From the human T2T-CHM13v2.0 reference genome, Homo sapiens, in the NCBI RefSeq assembly GCF_009914755.1, contig NC_060937.1: a stretch of 64,000 nucleotides of DNA. One strand, 5' to 3'. The notes below the pieces were generated by a model. The model was given only the letters and a program-made list of their open reading frames with translations. It made no database searches and had not been told where the DNA came from. A program made the translations under genes and the position numbers. Numbering within the stretch: the stretch's first letter is position 1; the number at the start of each line of letters is the position of its first letter. Below are positions 35,063 to 52,359 of this stretch, in pieces.

Positions 35063-36114
35063 ATGAATTCTGCTAAAATTGAAGAAAGAGCAAATATCAA
35101 ATTGATGGTGAGGCTTGGGTGGAAGAATGGTGACATTATTGATGCTTTATGAAAAATATATGGGGACAATGCACCCCCCAAAATCAGCAGTTTACAAATG
35201 GATAACTCATTTTAAGAAAGGACGAGGTGATATTTAAGATAAAGCTCACCATGGCAGACCATCCACATCAATCTGTGAGGAAAAAACTCATCTTGTCCAT
35301 GCCCCAAATGAAGAGGACTGGTGTAACAGCACAAACAGAAGCCAACACAATAGGCATCTCACTTGGTTCAGCTTACACAGTTATGACTGAAAAATTAAAG
35401 TTGAGCAAACTTTCCATTTGATGGATGCCAAAACTGTTGAGGCCAGATCAGCTGCAGACAATGGAAATTTTACACAAGTAGGATCAAGATCCTGAAGCAT
35501 TTCTTTGAAGAACTGTAACAAGAGATGAAACATGGCTTTATCAGTGTAATTCTGAAGACAATGCACAATCAAAGAAATGGTTACCAAGAGGTGGAAGTGG
35601 TGCAGTCAAAGCAAAAGTGGGTTGGTTAAGATTAAAAGTCATGGCAACAGTTTTTTGGGATGCTCAAGGCATTTTGCTTAAGCATCCCAAAAAACTTTCT
35701 GGAGACTTTCTTGAGGACCAGAGACTGATAACTTCTGCTTATTATGATTACATTTTGAGAAAGTCAGCCAAAGCTTTAACAGAAAATGCCTGGGAGGGCT
35801 TCACCAGAGAGTCCTTCTCCACTCTGACAACACTCCTGCCCATGTCAAATGAGGGCAATTTTGGGAGAGTTTTGAGGTAAAATTATTAGGCATCTACCTT
35901 ACAGTCCTGATTTGGCTCCTTCTGACTTCTTTTTGGTTTCTAATCTTAAAAATCTATAAAGGGTACCCATTTTTCTTCAGTTAATAATATAAAAAGGATT
36001 GCATTGATATGGGTAAATTCCCAGGACCCTCAGTTCTTTAGGAATGGACTAAGTGGCTGGTATCATCACTTACAAAAACATGTTGACCTTGATGGCACTT
36101 ATGTTGAGAAATAA
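35063..36114 (+). pseudogene. HSMAR2 transposase pseudogene
   Basis: MNSAKIEERANIKLMVRLGWKNGDIIDAL*; mariner motifs WMPKLL, DETWLYQ, HLPYSPDLAPSDF; multiple stops and frameshifts. Confidence 0.88.
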
Positions 36115-36170
36115 AGTTTGCATTTTTTATTTATGTATTTTAATTCAATTTTTCCATGAACTTTCTGAAG

Positions 36171-36173
<3 letters not shown>

Positions 36174-36218
<45 letters not shown>
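36174..36218. repeat. (GT)n microsatellite, about 22 units
   Basis: Perfect GT run. Confidence 0.97.
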
Positions 36219-36221
<3 letters not shown>

Positions 36222-37840
36222 ATAAAATCAAATGCTTAGAATTAGAATAGAAATCTGGTGCTGTGGTAAGGGTTTTAACCAATAGTAAAATATTTACAAG
36301 TTCAATGCAGGGTTGTGATAGAGACTAAAAGGGTCCCTGCCCTGAATGACACAAACAAATTAATCAATCTTTTTATTTTTTGATTTTAAAACAGGAACTG
36401 CCATGTGCCTAGCCCCCAGTGAGGCCCCATGGAAGTTGTGGGAGAAACTTAGGTGATATTCCTTTCCTCCAGACTGCAATATTGTTGAGGAGATGAAATT
36501 AACCACACATAACAATAAAAGATGGTGTATAATGAAATGCTAGGCAGAGTGCGGCACTCCATAGGTGGAGTGGGAGATGGGAGAAGGAAGGTTTGTGGAA
36601 GAAAGCAGGTCAGGCTTTACAAAAATGCAAAGACATCAGCTGATTCTCACAGAATGGGTGGGACGTGAACCCCAACCCACACAGAGGTGTCTGGGTACCT
36701 TGAAGAAAAGGCCCGTTAGGGAAATACTGACAATTTTGAGTAAGCTGACCACATTTTTCATAAAAATATCAGTACATATGGTCTGACACATGGTCTAACA
36801 ACAGGAAAGAATATTTTTAATTGGGGCTGCCCCAGAAAATCTAGAACATATGGTTACTTTATTTACAGGCCAAGAAACTCCTAATTACAAGAGAAAACGG
36901 AACTGACCAGCCCTCGGTAGACAAGACCTAGCCACTGCCATGCAAGAAGCTGCTAAACTATTTCCCTCCAGTCATCAAAGTTTATGTTCTTTTTTAAGGT
37001 TTCTGTTAGTATTTTCAGATAAAAGGTCAGTGCCTGAACTATACAAGACAAGCTGGGGAAATTCTACTCAGATTTCTTCAATTGCATTCTTTAACAGTCT
37101 CTCAAATTGCCTCAAATAATTTTTGTACTAGGCAGGGTATAAATAATGAATGCAAAAATGTTTCTTCCACCTGGGATAATAAAATAAGTCCAATTTAAAA
37201 TTTCCTTCCCTTGAAGAAAAGGGGAACGTCTATACCCACGAAGTTTTTAGCTTGTTATCAGAGTTCTCATCTATATTGAAAAATACATTTTAAATTATCA
37301 AGATTGTTATATGTAATTTTGTTCTTTGCTTCTCTGATGTTTCACTGTTTTGCTCTTTAGTAGCTTACTGTCTGAAACAAAATACATGCCACAAGCTTCC
37401 TTATCCAGTTTTGCAATTTAATAATCTTAGCAATTATTGGAAAAGAAACAGTTTAAAAGGCTTTAACTCAAGTCTTGGCAGGTTAGAACATCTTCCATTT
37501 CATCTTTCACCCCATCCCAGGGCTCAGAGATCACTTGCCAACTCATTACTAATATTATCAAGGAAATGCACAGTTTTCTGCTTTTATGGTCAGTGAATAC
37601 ACTGACCAAGATGATGTGGTAATCACTGTGGATGAACAACAACAAAGCTACACATTTGAGCAAACCTTTTTCCTTATGTCTTAAACAAAATCTTAATTAA
37701 ATGCATCTTAAAATACAGGATAAATGTTTCTGATAAAAGCAAAAAGATGTGCTTTTAATGAGATTTTCTGGGCACCAGACTTGTCTTTTCTCTTTCAATC
37801 TTCCATTATTATTTGAGGCCTCAAAATACTTACACTGATG

Positions 37841-38153
37841 GGCCGGGCGCGGTGGCTCACGCCTGTAATCCCAGCACTTTGGGAGGCCGAGGCAGGCAGA
37901 TCATGAGGTCAGGAGATCAAGACCATCCTGGCTAACATGGTGAAAACCCGTATCTGCTAAAAATACAAAAATTAGCTGGGCATGGTGGCGGGTGCCTGTA
38001 GTCCCAGCTACTCGGGAGGCTGAGGCAGGAGAACGGCGTGAACCCAGGAGGCGGAGCTTTCAGTGAGCCGAGATTGTGCCACTACAGTCCAGCACTCTAG
38101 CCTGGGTGACAGAGCGAGAGACTCCATCTCAAAAAAAAAAAAAAAAAAAAAAA
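37841..38153 (+). mobile_element. Alu (AluY/Sc8-like)
   Basis: GAGATCAAGACCATCCTGGCTAAC; TSD AAATACTTACACTGA. Confidence 0.9.
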
Positions 38154-38240
38154 GAAATACTTACACTGAAAGAGCCCGATTTTCATTAGCTGCGGTTGCT
38201 AAAAATGGGGAACCACCTAAACACACAACAATATAAACTG

Positions 38241-38592
38241 GGCCAGGTGCAGTGGCTCAGGCCTATAATCCCAGCACTTCGGGAGGCCGAGTAGAGTGGA
38301 TCACCTGAGGTCAGGAGTTCAAGACCAGCCTAGCCAACATGGTGAAACCCCGTCTCCACTAAAAAAAAATATATATATAAATTAGCCAGGTGTGCTGACA
38401 GGTGTCTGTAATCCCAGCTACTTGGGAGGCTGAGGCAGGGAGATTCCCAGCTACTCGGGAAGCCGAGGCAGGGAGAATCACTTGAAACCGGGAGGCAAAG
38501 TTTGCAGTGAGCTGAGATGGTGCCACTGCACTCCAGTCTGGGCGACAGAGTGAGACTCCGTCTCAAAAACAAAAAACAAACAAAAACCAAAA
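38241..38592 (+). mobile_element. Alu (AluSx-like) with 33-bp internal tandem duplication
   Basis: TCCCAGCTACT..GGAGA occurs twice at 38412-38477. Confidence 0.9.
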
Positions 38593-38629
38593 GAAAGGGA
38601 ATATTTTACAACCACTAAAATTTAAAACT

Positions 38630-39012
38630 TAATTCAGCCTTAAAAAGGAAGAAAATTCTGTCACATGCTACAAACATAGATGAACCTTGCAGACATTACA
38701 CTAGGTGAAATAAGCCAGACACAAAAGGACAAATACTATATGATTTCAGCTACAGGAGCTACCTAGAGTAGTCAAACTCACAGAGCAAGTAGGATGTGGT
38801 TTCCAGGGGCTGCTGGGTGAAGAGGGGATGGGGAATTGTTATTTAATAGGTACAGAGTTTCAGTTTTGCAGGAAGAAAAGAGTTCTAGAAATGTATAGTG
38901 GTGTTGGTTGCACAACAATGCAAACGTACTTAATGCCATTGAACTGTATACTTAAAAATGGTTAAATGACAAACTCCATGTTATGCATATTTTACCACAA
39001 TTTTTTAAAAAT
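38630..39012 (+). mobile_element. L1MB-type 3' end
   Basis: TTCAGCCTTAAAAAGGAAG...GTACTTAATGCCATTGAACTGTATACTTAAAAATGG. Confidence 0.8.
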
Positions 39013-39232
39013 GAAAAATCTAATTAATGCAAATAATTCTAAATGTTGACATTGCTGGTTATCCACATGGATAAAAACTCTCTCTTCCTGTCACCACACC
39101 TAGGTCTAATGCTGATGGTGAATTTTCCATGGTCTTTGGATAATTGGGCACTCAGTAAATGCAAGTGGTGTTAATGATGTGACAGTTATTTGCCTGGTCT
39201 CCTTGAATAAGTAAGTATTGATATATTAATAT

Positions 39233-39558
<326 letters not shown>

Positions 39559-42017
39559 AATGTCATTTTTAATAATAGCTGTAGCTAAGTTTCTTAAGTG
39601 CTTGCTATATACTGAGTACTGATCTAAATAGTAAAATTCTCAAAGCAACCCTATGAAAGTTTGTATATGATGTGTCTAGTCTCAGAGAGGTAATTTACCC
39701 TCTGTTGCTAACCAGCAAGTGGAAGAGCAGGGGTATTAACGTAGTGGTATGATCCAGTGCTTACCCTTTACAACATTAGTCTCAAGCCAGATTCTTAGAA
39801 AACAAAGGAGCCTATTATAACTACCACATTTTCATGGGTGAATCTCTTTACTAAATCTTTCATTTCTTCAACAAAAAGTTTGTTAAACACTTACTATGTT
39901 CCAGGCAATGGGCCAAGTGCTAGAGATTCATAAAACTAATAAGACATAGTCTTACAATCCAATAAAAAGAGAAAAATAAGTGAAAGATAACACGAGATGG
40001 TGTGATTAAAGAATACTGGGGGAGGGGGACCACAAAGAGGAAGGGCTCACAGTTTCGCTCAGTGGGGCACTTCACCTATTTTTTTCCCTTTGTATGCTGT
40101 GGGAAACATTTTTCTCTTTAATTTAACTGGTATAACATGTAAATAGATTGGGCAACAAAGAAAACTAAAATAAGTGTCAGAAGATATTTGAGGATACAAG
40201 ATAAAAGAGGATAGAAAACATTCTAGATGGTCTATGTTAACAAAAGGATACCAGCTAGAAAAGCCAGATTAAAAGGTAGAGGAGAGTAACTGGGAGAAAA
40301 AGCAATAAAAAGGCCAGTGTAAGCAATAAGTGATATTTAGTGTATATCCTCAAATAGTAGGATCATGTACAAAATAGTTCAAGGACTTGTGCTGTATTGC
40401 CAAGGAGCATACAATCTAACAGGCACAAATAAGACAAAAGGCACAAATAAGAAACATATTTTTCAAGCAATAATTCATAAGGGCAAATTAAAATAATGCA
40501 GAAGATAAGTACCATCAAGGCAAAGGAATAAAAACAGCAAGATCCTAGGGGACTGGGGTCCAATTTTGAAATAAAGGAGGAGTACTGCTGGTGAAGAGGA
40601 ACAGGGCATTGGAACTAGGAAGAGCAACCACGGAGCCATAGAGATTGGAAAAAATGAAGCCCTATAACCCCAGCACAATGACTTTAAGAGGAAGCAAGCA
40701 GCAAGTGGGACTGTGCTATAGGGAAGAATTCACAGATGACCTGGAGAAATTCAGGAGAATGAGAAGTGCTTACACATTAATGAAAGAACTCCAAAATACA
40801 TACTTCCAAACTTCTACAAATTTTAATTTTGCCAGCCATAGAAAGGGAATCACTGCAACTGTGTGTATCCAACAAGCCAAAAGGTGAACTTCAAAGAGTG
40901 AAGGGGTCAGGTGTTTACCTTATTAAAATGTCATCAACAAGAGGGCTCAAAGTTGTCATAGAGCATTCACTGTTGATTCTGAACTAGCCCTTGGGTAACT
41001 GAGCTAAGTCTGGACACAGTGTGGGAAAAAGGCAAGAGAGAAAGAATGCATCAAAGACAGGAAATCAACTCTGCAATGTATAATAATTGAATATTGCACA
41101 TGTTCTTGAATATTGCACATGTCACTGTGCCCCAGGAACTATTGTAAAGGGCTCCTCGGGGAGCTCTATTGTAAAGGAGGGTTTGCTTATTTCATTTTCA
41201 CCATCCTCCTGGAGGTGGGGAGTGGTAGAGCTGCTCCCAGGAGCCCAGACCCTTCACCACCAGACTACCCCATCTTTTTACTGCTTCTGAAGTGATTATG
41301 CAAAATTCTGTCTCTTGAAATGGACGGGCAATTACTTGTATATATGAATGTAATATAACAAGTATTTTCCAACTGTGATCTATGCAGCCTAAAGAATCTG
41401 TTTTATTTTTAATGAATTTACTTGTAGTCTGCCACATGCCATAAAGAATTTGATGCCAAATGACAGGTGTATAGGAAGTAGATTGTGAATTTAGTTAGAT
41501 TTTATACATGGTTCCATAAAAAACTATTCTTCTGAATTTTGAAAAGTATTGAAAACGAATCACAGAGAAGTTATTAGACAGGGCAGAGTTCATTCTCCAG
41601 AACTCTGTTAACAGCTTTAGGGACTTAGAACCAGCCAAGCCCTTCTTGGAAGTCATGCCATATACTCATCTGGGCACTTAGCAAGTATTGATTCACACCC
41701 CAATCTGAACTCTGAAAGATAAGATAATGACTTTGTAATATCAGTCATCAAATAATAAATATTCATTCTCTGACTCTCTGAAGAGAAGATACATTTAAAA
41801 TGTCAGCTGCATTTTATTGTAACTAGATGGAAATTTGTTTTATTACTCCTAAGCTGTTAAATAAAGAAGCTACAAACCATGCACTGAAGAAGACTAAAAG
41901 CAAATGCTGAAGTAATAGTAATCACACCATTCCGCAGAAATTACCAGTAGTGCTAGGAGTGTAAGGATACTATTTAGTCTTAATCTCAGCTTTTCCAGCC
42001 CTTCTTTCTGAGGCAAT

Positions 42018-42323
<306 letters not shown>

Positions 42324-42347
42324 TGATGCAATTATTTAATTGCTAGA

Positions 42348-42727
42348 TATTATGGGTTGAGTTGTTCCCCCCAAAACTTATATGTTGAAGTCCTAACTCC
42401 CTTTGATTGTGACTATATTTAGAGATAGAGTCTTTACAGAGGTAATTAAGTTAAAATGAGATCATTAGGGTGGGGCCCTAATCCAATATAACTGGTGTCC
42501 TGATAAGAGGAGGAAATTTAGACACAGACACACAGAGAGGGAAGGTGATATAAAGACACAGCCAGAAGACAGCCATTTACCAGCCAAGGAGACGGGTCTC
42601 AGAAGAAACCAACCCTGCCAACACCTTGGACTTCTAGTCTCTGGAATTGTGAGAAAATTAATTTCTGTTGATTGAAGCTATTCAGTCTGGAGTACTTTGT
42701 TATGGCACCCCTAGCAAACTAATCTAC
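42348..42727 (+). mobile_element. MLT1B-like MaLR solo LTR
   Basis: TATGGGTTGA..TATGTTGAAGTCCTAAC...CAGAAGAAACCAACCCTGCC...TTTGTTATGGCACCCCTAGCAAACTAAT. Confidence 0.8.
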
Positions 42728-43243
42728 TGCGCACTCCCCTAGACTAAGCTCACTGAGGGCCAGCACGAGTCTGGGCGTCTTCTTTACCCTTGAATTCCCA
42801 GTACATTTTGTGGAGCCTAGTACACAGTAGATGTTTATTGAATGTTGTTGAATGAATAGCTGAACTTAGCTGAATGTTTTGGCCCATTTCTCTGGAGTAC
42901 AGGGATTTAATGATTACCAAAAATAATCAAAGGACATTTTCTTCCTTTGTCAAAAAATAACTTCAGATTCAGATTTTTAAAATAGTGATCATACATTGTG
43001 AAAAATAGCAGTATAAAGAAGGAAAACACAATCATCAGATCTTGCCACTTAGATGTAACTACTTTACATTCTGACACTTCCCAGTCTTTTTCTATACACA
43101 TACATATTTTAACACAGAGGAAATAATAGTGTACCACTTATCATTATGTCACATTTCCCCTACATCATTAAAAATTATTCATAAGCATTTGAATGGCTAT
43201 AAAATGTATAATATCATATGCATCTTTCATAATTGAAATGCTT

Positions 43244-43382
43244 GGCTGAGCACAGTGGCTCATGCCTATAATTCCAACACTTTGGGAGGCCAACATGGGA
43301 GAACTGTTTGAGCCCAGGAGTTCAAGACCAGCCTAGGCAACACAGAGAGACCCTGTCTCAATACACACACACACACACACAC
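43244..43382 (+). mobile_element. FLAM/left Alu arm with (CA)n tail
   Basis: Single arm followed by about 10 CA units. Confidence 0.8.
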
Positions 43383-44504
43383 TGAATTCCTTGTAGTTAG
43401 ACATTCAGGTGTTTCTAGCTGTTTCTATCATAATTAGCAGGGCAATGAGTTTCTTTGTGTGAGAAAGCTTTTATCCACTTTTCTGAATTCTTTAAAGCAT
43501 GACATCCTAGCACTACCGTTATTGATTCAAAAGGTAAGGCCATTGGTAAGGCTTTTGGTAGACATTCTTCCATCGCTTTTTAAGAAATTAAACCAATTTA
43601 TACTCTACAAGCAGTCCATGAGATTTCCCATTACACTTAACCCTTAAGCATTACTTTTACAAATCTTGCTAATTGGATAAGTTGAAATGGCATCTGAGTG
43701 TCATTTTAATTTGCATCTTTTGAATATTAATGAAGCTTCCGATTTTTCTACATGCATTAACCACCCATAACTTTGCCTTTTGAATTGCCTGTGTGTATTT
43801 TGAAAGGGGATTTTCTGAACACCTTTGATGAAGTAGTTTTCTAGCCAGGCTCCTACTGCAATGTTGCCTGCTCTTCAGCAAAGGCCTCTGCTTCTGAGGG
43901 AATGAGACTTTACACCCTACAGCTGCCCGAGAATCTTATCATGGGCTAATACACAACAATGAAGTCTTCACTGTTCTGAATTGACAGAGAGAGAAACCTG
44001 TTCCAATTATTTACCTCCTTCTAACAAAATTTTGATACATCAATTGCATGTGGATATATTTAATCTAGCTATCTAAGTGTGAAATCAGTTTTCCTTGTAA
44101 AACGAAAAGAAAATTCTCAGTTCAAAAAAAAAGAAAAACAACCCAGAATTTTGTAAGAAAGGCAGATAGCTTTGTATTAACAACATAATTTTGGAAGTAC
44201 GTCTATTTCCCAGCTGCACTTATTAAATTCAGGACACAGAGGAAATTAAAAATACATATATTTTCCAACTAATTTATTCTAAAATTCACATCTGTAACAA
44301 AACAAAATGTTGTAGCTTGCATAAACCGTAGAGGTCTTCTGATCAAATACCTATATGTTCAGATGGGAAAAATGTCAACAGAAATGATTTTGGAAATGGT
44401 AGTTAGTGGCATAGATTAGTTTTAGAGTAAGAAATAGATCAGAGGGGCTGAATTCTGCCAGCATATTGGTGATACAGAGCAGGTAGGAGGAGGCAGTTCA
44501 GTAC

Positions 44505-44536
<32 letters not shown>

Positions 44537-44862
44537 CGGCCAGGAACTGAGGCTCATGCTTGTAATCCCAGCACTTTGGGAGGCCAAAGTGGGCAGATTG
44601 CTTGAGCCGAGGCGTTGGAGACCAGCGTGGGCAACACTGGTCTCCTCTCTACAAAAAATACAAAATTTAGCTGGGAGTGGTGGAGCGCACCTGTAGTCCC
44701 AGCAACTCAGAAGCTGAAATGGGAGGATCACTTGAGCCCAGGAGACGGAGGTTGCAGTGAGTGGAGATAGTGCCACTGCGCTCCCGCCCATGAGTGTACC
44801 CTTGATACAGCAAGACCCTGTCTCAAAAAGATAATAGAAAAGAAAAAGAAAAGAAAAGAAAA
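44537..44862 (+). mobile_element. Alu (AluJb-like)
   Basis: Dimer with (GAAAA)n tail, preceded by a ~28-nt A run. Confidence 0.88.
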
Positions 44863-45249
44863 ACTATGCAATTCTGACTCCTTTGATGTGTTTCCCTTCC
44901 ACTTCCTCGCTTAGTCAATCCTCACCCATTCTTGCTCCCTTTTCTCATAAGCACGGTGGAAGATACGTCCCTACCCCTTTCCAAGGCTAATCCCACCCTC
45001 CCTTTTTTGTTCCCTCCCCTCACACCTCCGGATGTCATCTGTCTCTTCCCTCTCTTGCATTGTCATCCTTCCCTCTCTCTCCATCTGTTTCTCGAACTAA
45101 AAATACATTCAATTTTCCCCTTCCTAAAAAAAAGCTAGGCTTCCTAGCCAACATTACCCTTTATTTATAACAATATTTGTCCCCTTTTCAAACTCCTTGA
45201 ATGTACAGTTTGTTTCTTCTTTTCTCCAATTTCCTTCCCACATGCATAC

Positions 45250-46457
<1,208 letters not shown>

Positions 46458-46753
46458 TTTTTTTTTTTCCTGAGACGGAGTCTTGCTCTGCCACCCAGGC
46501 TGGAGTACGGTAGCATGATCTCAGCTCACTGCAACCTCTGGCTCTGGGGTTCAAGCAATTCCCCTGCCACAGCCTCCTAAGTAGCTGGGACTACAGATGC
46601 ATGCCACCATGCCAGGCTAATTTTTGTATTTTTAGTAGAGATGGGGTTTCACCATGTTGGCCAGGCTGGTCTCAAATTCCTAACTTCCGGTAATCCTCCC
46701 ATCTCAGCCTCCCAAAATGATGAAATTATAGGCATGAGCGACTGCGCCTGGCC
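46458..46753 (-). mobile_element. Alu (AluSx/Sz)
   Basis: Poly-T plus dimer. Confidence 0.9.
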
Positions 46754-47194
46754 ACATTTATTATTAAAATGTTATCTGCCCTTGGGCTCATGGCTTTTCT
46801 ATTAGTTCTTTGTTTGTTTCTCATTCTTGGCAGACTTCCCCTTATCTCTCTGACTCTTTAATCTAGGTTTCCCTGGGTTTCCCCTTAGCTTCTTCTGCTT
46901 TCTGTGCACATAGTCCCTAAAGAGCTTGTCCACTCCCATGATAGAAGTATCACACCCATGCCAGGGACTCTCAGATTTGTATTTTCTGAGTCGGGACTTC
47001 TTTCTGAGCATAGTGTTTGCCTTCAAATACTCTGAACACAGTATTTGTCTTCAAATAATCATTTGGAAATAAAAGAGTGTGAAGTTTAAAATCTGATTAA
47101 AAATATGGACACTGTTAATGGTCTTTGTTGCTGGCAAATGGGATTGGGGAATGGGGAATAAAGAAAAGACATAATTTTTTAAATTGTGGTTTAA

Positions 47195-47563
<369 letters not shown>

Positions 47564-47674
47564 TGAGCTTCACAGCAAAACCAAGTAGAAGGTACGGAGG
47601 GTTCCTATATATCCCTGTCCCTACATATGTACAACCTCCTCCACCAGCAAAATTCCGAACCAGTATGGTACATT

Positions 47675-48441
47675 TGTTATGATAAAAGAAAAACTTTAGA
47701 CAAAATAAATGCAACAGAGTTTGTTTGAGCGAAGGACAATTCTTGAGTTGGGCAGCCCTCAAAACCAGAGAGGCTCAGAAAACTATCCTCTGCAACATGG
47801 TCAATGGGTATTTATAGACAGAAAAAGGCTGAAGAGGTCAGGTGCAGTGGCTTACGCCTGTAATCCCAACACTTTGGGAGGCCAAGGCTGGTAGATCATG
47901 AGGTCAGGAGTTCAAGACCAGCCTGGCCAAGATGGTGAAATCTGGTCTCTGCCAAAAATATAGAAATTAGCTGGGCGTTGTGGCAGGTGCCTGTAATCCC
48001 AGCTACTCGGAAGGCTGAGGCAGAGAATTGCTTGAACCTGGAAGGTGGAGGTAGCAGTGAGCCAAGATTGCGCCACTGCACTCCAGCCTGGGCGACAGAG
48101 TGAGACTCCATCTCAAAAAGAAAAAAACAAAGAAGGAAAAGAAACAGGCTGAAGAAAGCAGAAATAAGGATGAAAAAGTGGATTGGTCATTTCAAAGTTA
48201 CTTTCCCAGTAAAGGTTAAAGCCAAGGCAACTTCTTTAGAATGTTGGTTAAAAACGGCTTATTCAAGGATTTGGATATTATCTCTCTCTCTCCGGATTTC
48301 TTGGAAATTCAGATAAACAACTTAGTTTCGGTTTGGTGGCACAGAACTTCAGCATGAATGACCATATTTTGGTTTGGTCTGTTGGGGCCTAGTGCAGGAA
48401 CTCAGTCCAAATCAATGACCTAATTTAAATTTTATTTAACA
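47675..48441 (-). mobile_element. MER31-like ERV1 solo LTR interrupted by an Alu
   Basis: Minus strand starts TGTTAAATAAAATTTA..GATTTGGACTGAG..CTGCACTAGGCCCCAACAGACCAAACCAAAAT. Confidence 0.65.
47836..48140 (+). mobile_element. Alu (AluSg-like)
   Basis: TSD AGAAA(A/C)AGGCTGAAGA. Confidence 0.9.
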
Positions 48442-48553
48442 ATTATAATTAATGCACCCACGTTGAAAAATCGTTATCAATGTTGTTATCAATTGTTGTT
48501 GTACATTCTATGGGTTTTGACAAATGTATAATGACATGTTTCCATCTTTATAG

Positions 48554-48944
<391 letters not shown>

Positions 48945-48952
48945 ACCACTGA

Positions 48953-49258
48953 TTTTTTTTTTTTTTTTATTCTGAGATAGGATCTTGCTCTGTTCGCCAG
49001 GCTGGAGTACAGTAGTGTGATCATGGCTTACTGCAACCTTGGACTCCTGGGCTCAAGCAACTCTCCTGCCCCTGCCTCTTGAGTAGCTGGACCTACAGGT
49101 GCATGCCATCATGACCAGCTAATTTTAAAACTCCTCTGTAGAGACAAGGTTTCACTGTGTTACCCAGGCTGGTCTCAAACTCCTAACCTCAAGCTATCTT
49201 CCCACTCAGACCTTCCAAATCTCTGGGAATGCAGGTATCAATCACACCATGCTCAGCC
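48953..49258 (-). mobile_element. Alu (AluJ)
   Basis: Diverged dimer. Confidence 0.85.
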
Positions 49259-49624
49259 TCCAATGATCTTTTTACTATCTCCATAGTTTTGCCTTTTTCC
49301 AGAATGTCATATAGTTGGAATCATACAGTACGTAGCCTTTTCAGAGTGGCTTCTTTCACTTAATAATAGGCATTTAAGATTCCTCCATGTCTTTCCATGG
49401 CTTGATATCTCATTTCATTTCTTTTTATCATTGAATAGTATTCCACTATATAGATGTACCACAGTTCATTCATCTATTAACCTTCTGAAGTCATCTTGGT
49501 TGCTTCCAAGTTTTGGCAATTATGAAAAAAGATGCTATAATCATCTATGGACAGGTATTTGTGTGAACACAGTTTTCAATTCCTTAGGGTAACACCAAAG
49601 AGCATGATTGCTGGATCATATGAC

Positions 49625-50170
49625 ACTATGGTTTAAATGTATCCCCTCCAAAATTCAGGTGTCGAAACTTAATGGCCAATGTGATGGTACTGAAAAGTGG
49701 ATCTTTTTTCCTTTTTTAAAGATAGGGTCTTGCTATGTTGCCCAGGCTAGTCTTGAATTCCTGAACTCAAATGATTGTCTGGCCTCAGCCTCCCAAGTAG
49801 TTGGAACCATAGGCAGATACCACCACATCTGGTGAGGTGAAGCCTTAAGAGACAATTAGGCCATGAGGGCTACTCCTTTGTGAATGGAATTAAGCACCTT
49901 ATAAAAAAAAAAAAAAAGGCTTTGTGAAGCATTTGCTCCTCTTGCCTTTCTGCCCTCTGGTGTGTGAGGACACAGTGTTCTTCCTTTCTGTGAGATGCAG
50001 TAACAAGGTACCATCTTGGAAGCATGGAGGATCCTTTACCAGACAGTGAGCCTGCTGGTGCCTTGATCTTGGACTTCCCACCCTCCAGAACTGTGAGAAA
50101 TAAAATGCTGTTCTTTATAAATTAAACAGTCCCAAGTGTTTGTTATAGCAGCACAAAACAGACTAGAACA
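49625..50170 (+). mobile_element. MST-family MaLR LTR containing a FLAM (49704-49832, minus strand)
   Basis: CTATGGTTTAAATG..CCCTCCAAAATTCA...CTTGATCTTGGACTTCCC..CTCCAGAACTGTGAGAAATAAA...TGTTATAGCAGCACAAAAC. Confidence 0.8.
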
Positions 50171-50341
50171 TATTGTAAGAATATACTTACCAAACTGCCA
50201 ACTGTCTTCCAAAGTGGCTGTTCCATTTTACATTCTACCAGAAATAAATGAAAGTTTTTGTTGTTCCTCATCTTTGCCAGTATTTGGTGCTGTTAGCAAA
50301 AGAATTGATAAGCTGGATTTTGTTAAGATTAAATACTTTTA

Positions 50342-50644
<303 letters not shown>

Positions 50645-51029
50645 TGCTCAACATCATGTCAGTAGGAAATTGCAAATTAAAAGCATGAGATATCCCTACA
50701 GAGCTATTAGAATGGCTAGAATCCATCGTAACTATTTTTACATGTACAGTTCAGTAGTGAATGTAACAGTACATTCACGTTGTTGTACAATAGATTTCTA
50801 GAGCTTTTGCTTCTTGTAAAACTGAAACTCTATACTCATTAACAACTCCCTTTACTTTGTCTCTGTAAGTTTAACTACTTTTGTTACCTCAAATAACTGG
50901 TATTATACAGTATTTGTCTTTTCGTGACTGGCTTATTTAACATTTACCATAATGTCTTCAAGCTTCATCTGTGTTGTAGCAAGTGAAAGAATTTCCCACA
51001 TTTTTTTAATTTTAAAAAAGCATTCATGT

Positions 51030-51340
<311 letters not shown>

Positions 51341-51369
51341 ATTCATGTTTTCAATTAGGTAAAATAAGC

Positions 51370-52190
<821 letters not shown>

Positions 52191-52359
52191 ACATGCAACT
52201 ATTAAAAAAAAGTTAACAGTTTAGAAGGCTAAGAAGGGAAAAATAAAAATCTGTGTTTACCCCCATAGCCCTTGACTCCATTCCATTCCATGTATAATTG
52301 CCATTTCATTTGGTGAGTTCTAATTCTTGGGTAAGCCCTGATTAGTCTTAGATAATTAT

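Noticed and set aside
37610-37665. Possible C/D snoRNA (ATGATGT...TTGA)
   Set aside because: Both boxes are imperfect and there is no terminal stem
44507-44535. Orphan poly(A) suggesting a processed pseudogene tail
   Set aside because: No mRNA-like sequence or TSD upstream; better explained as an expanded A-rich target next to the Alu
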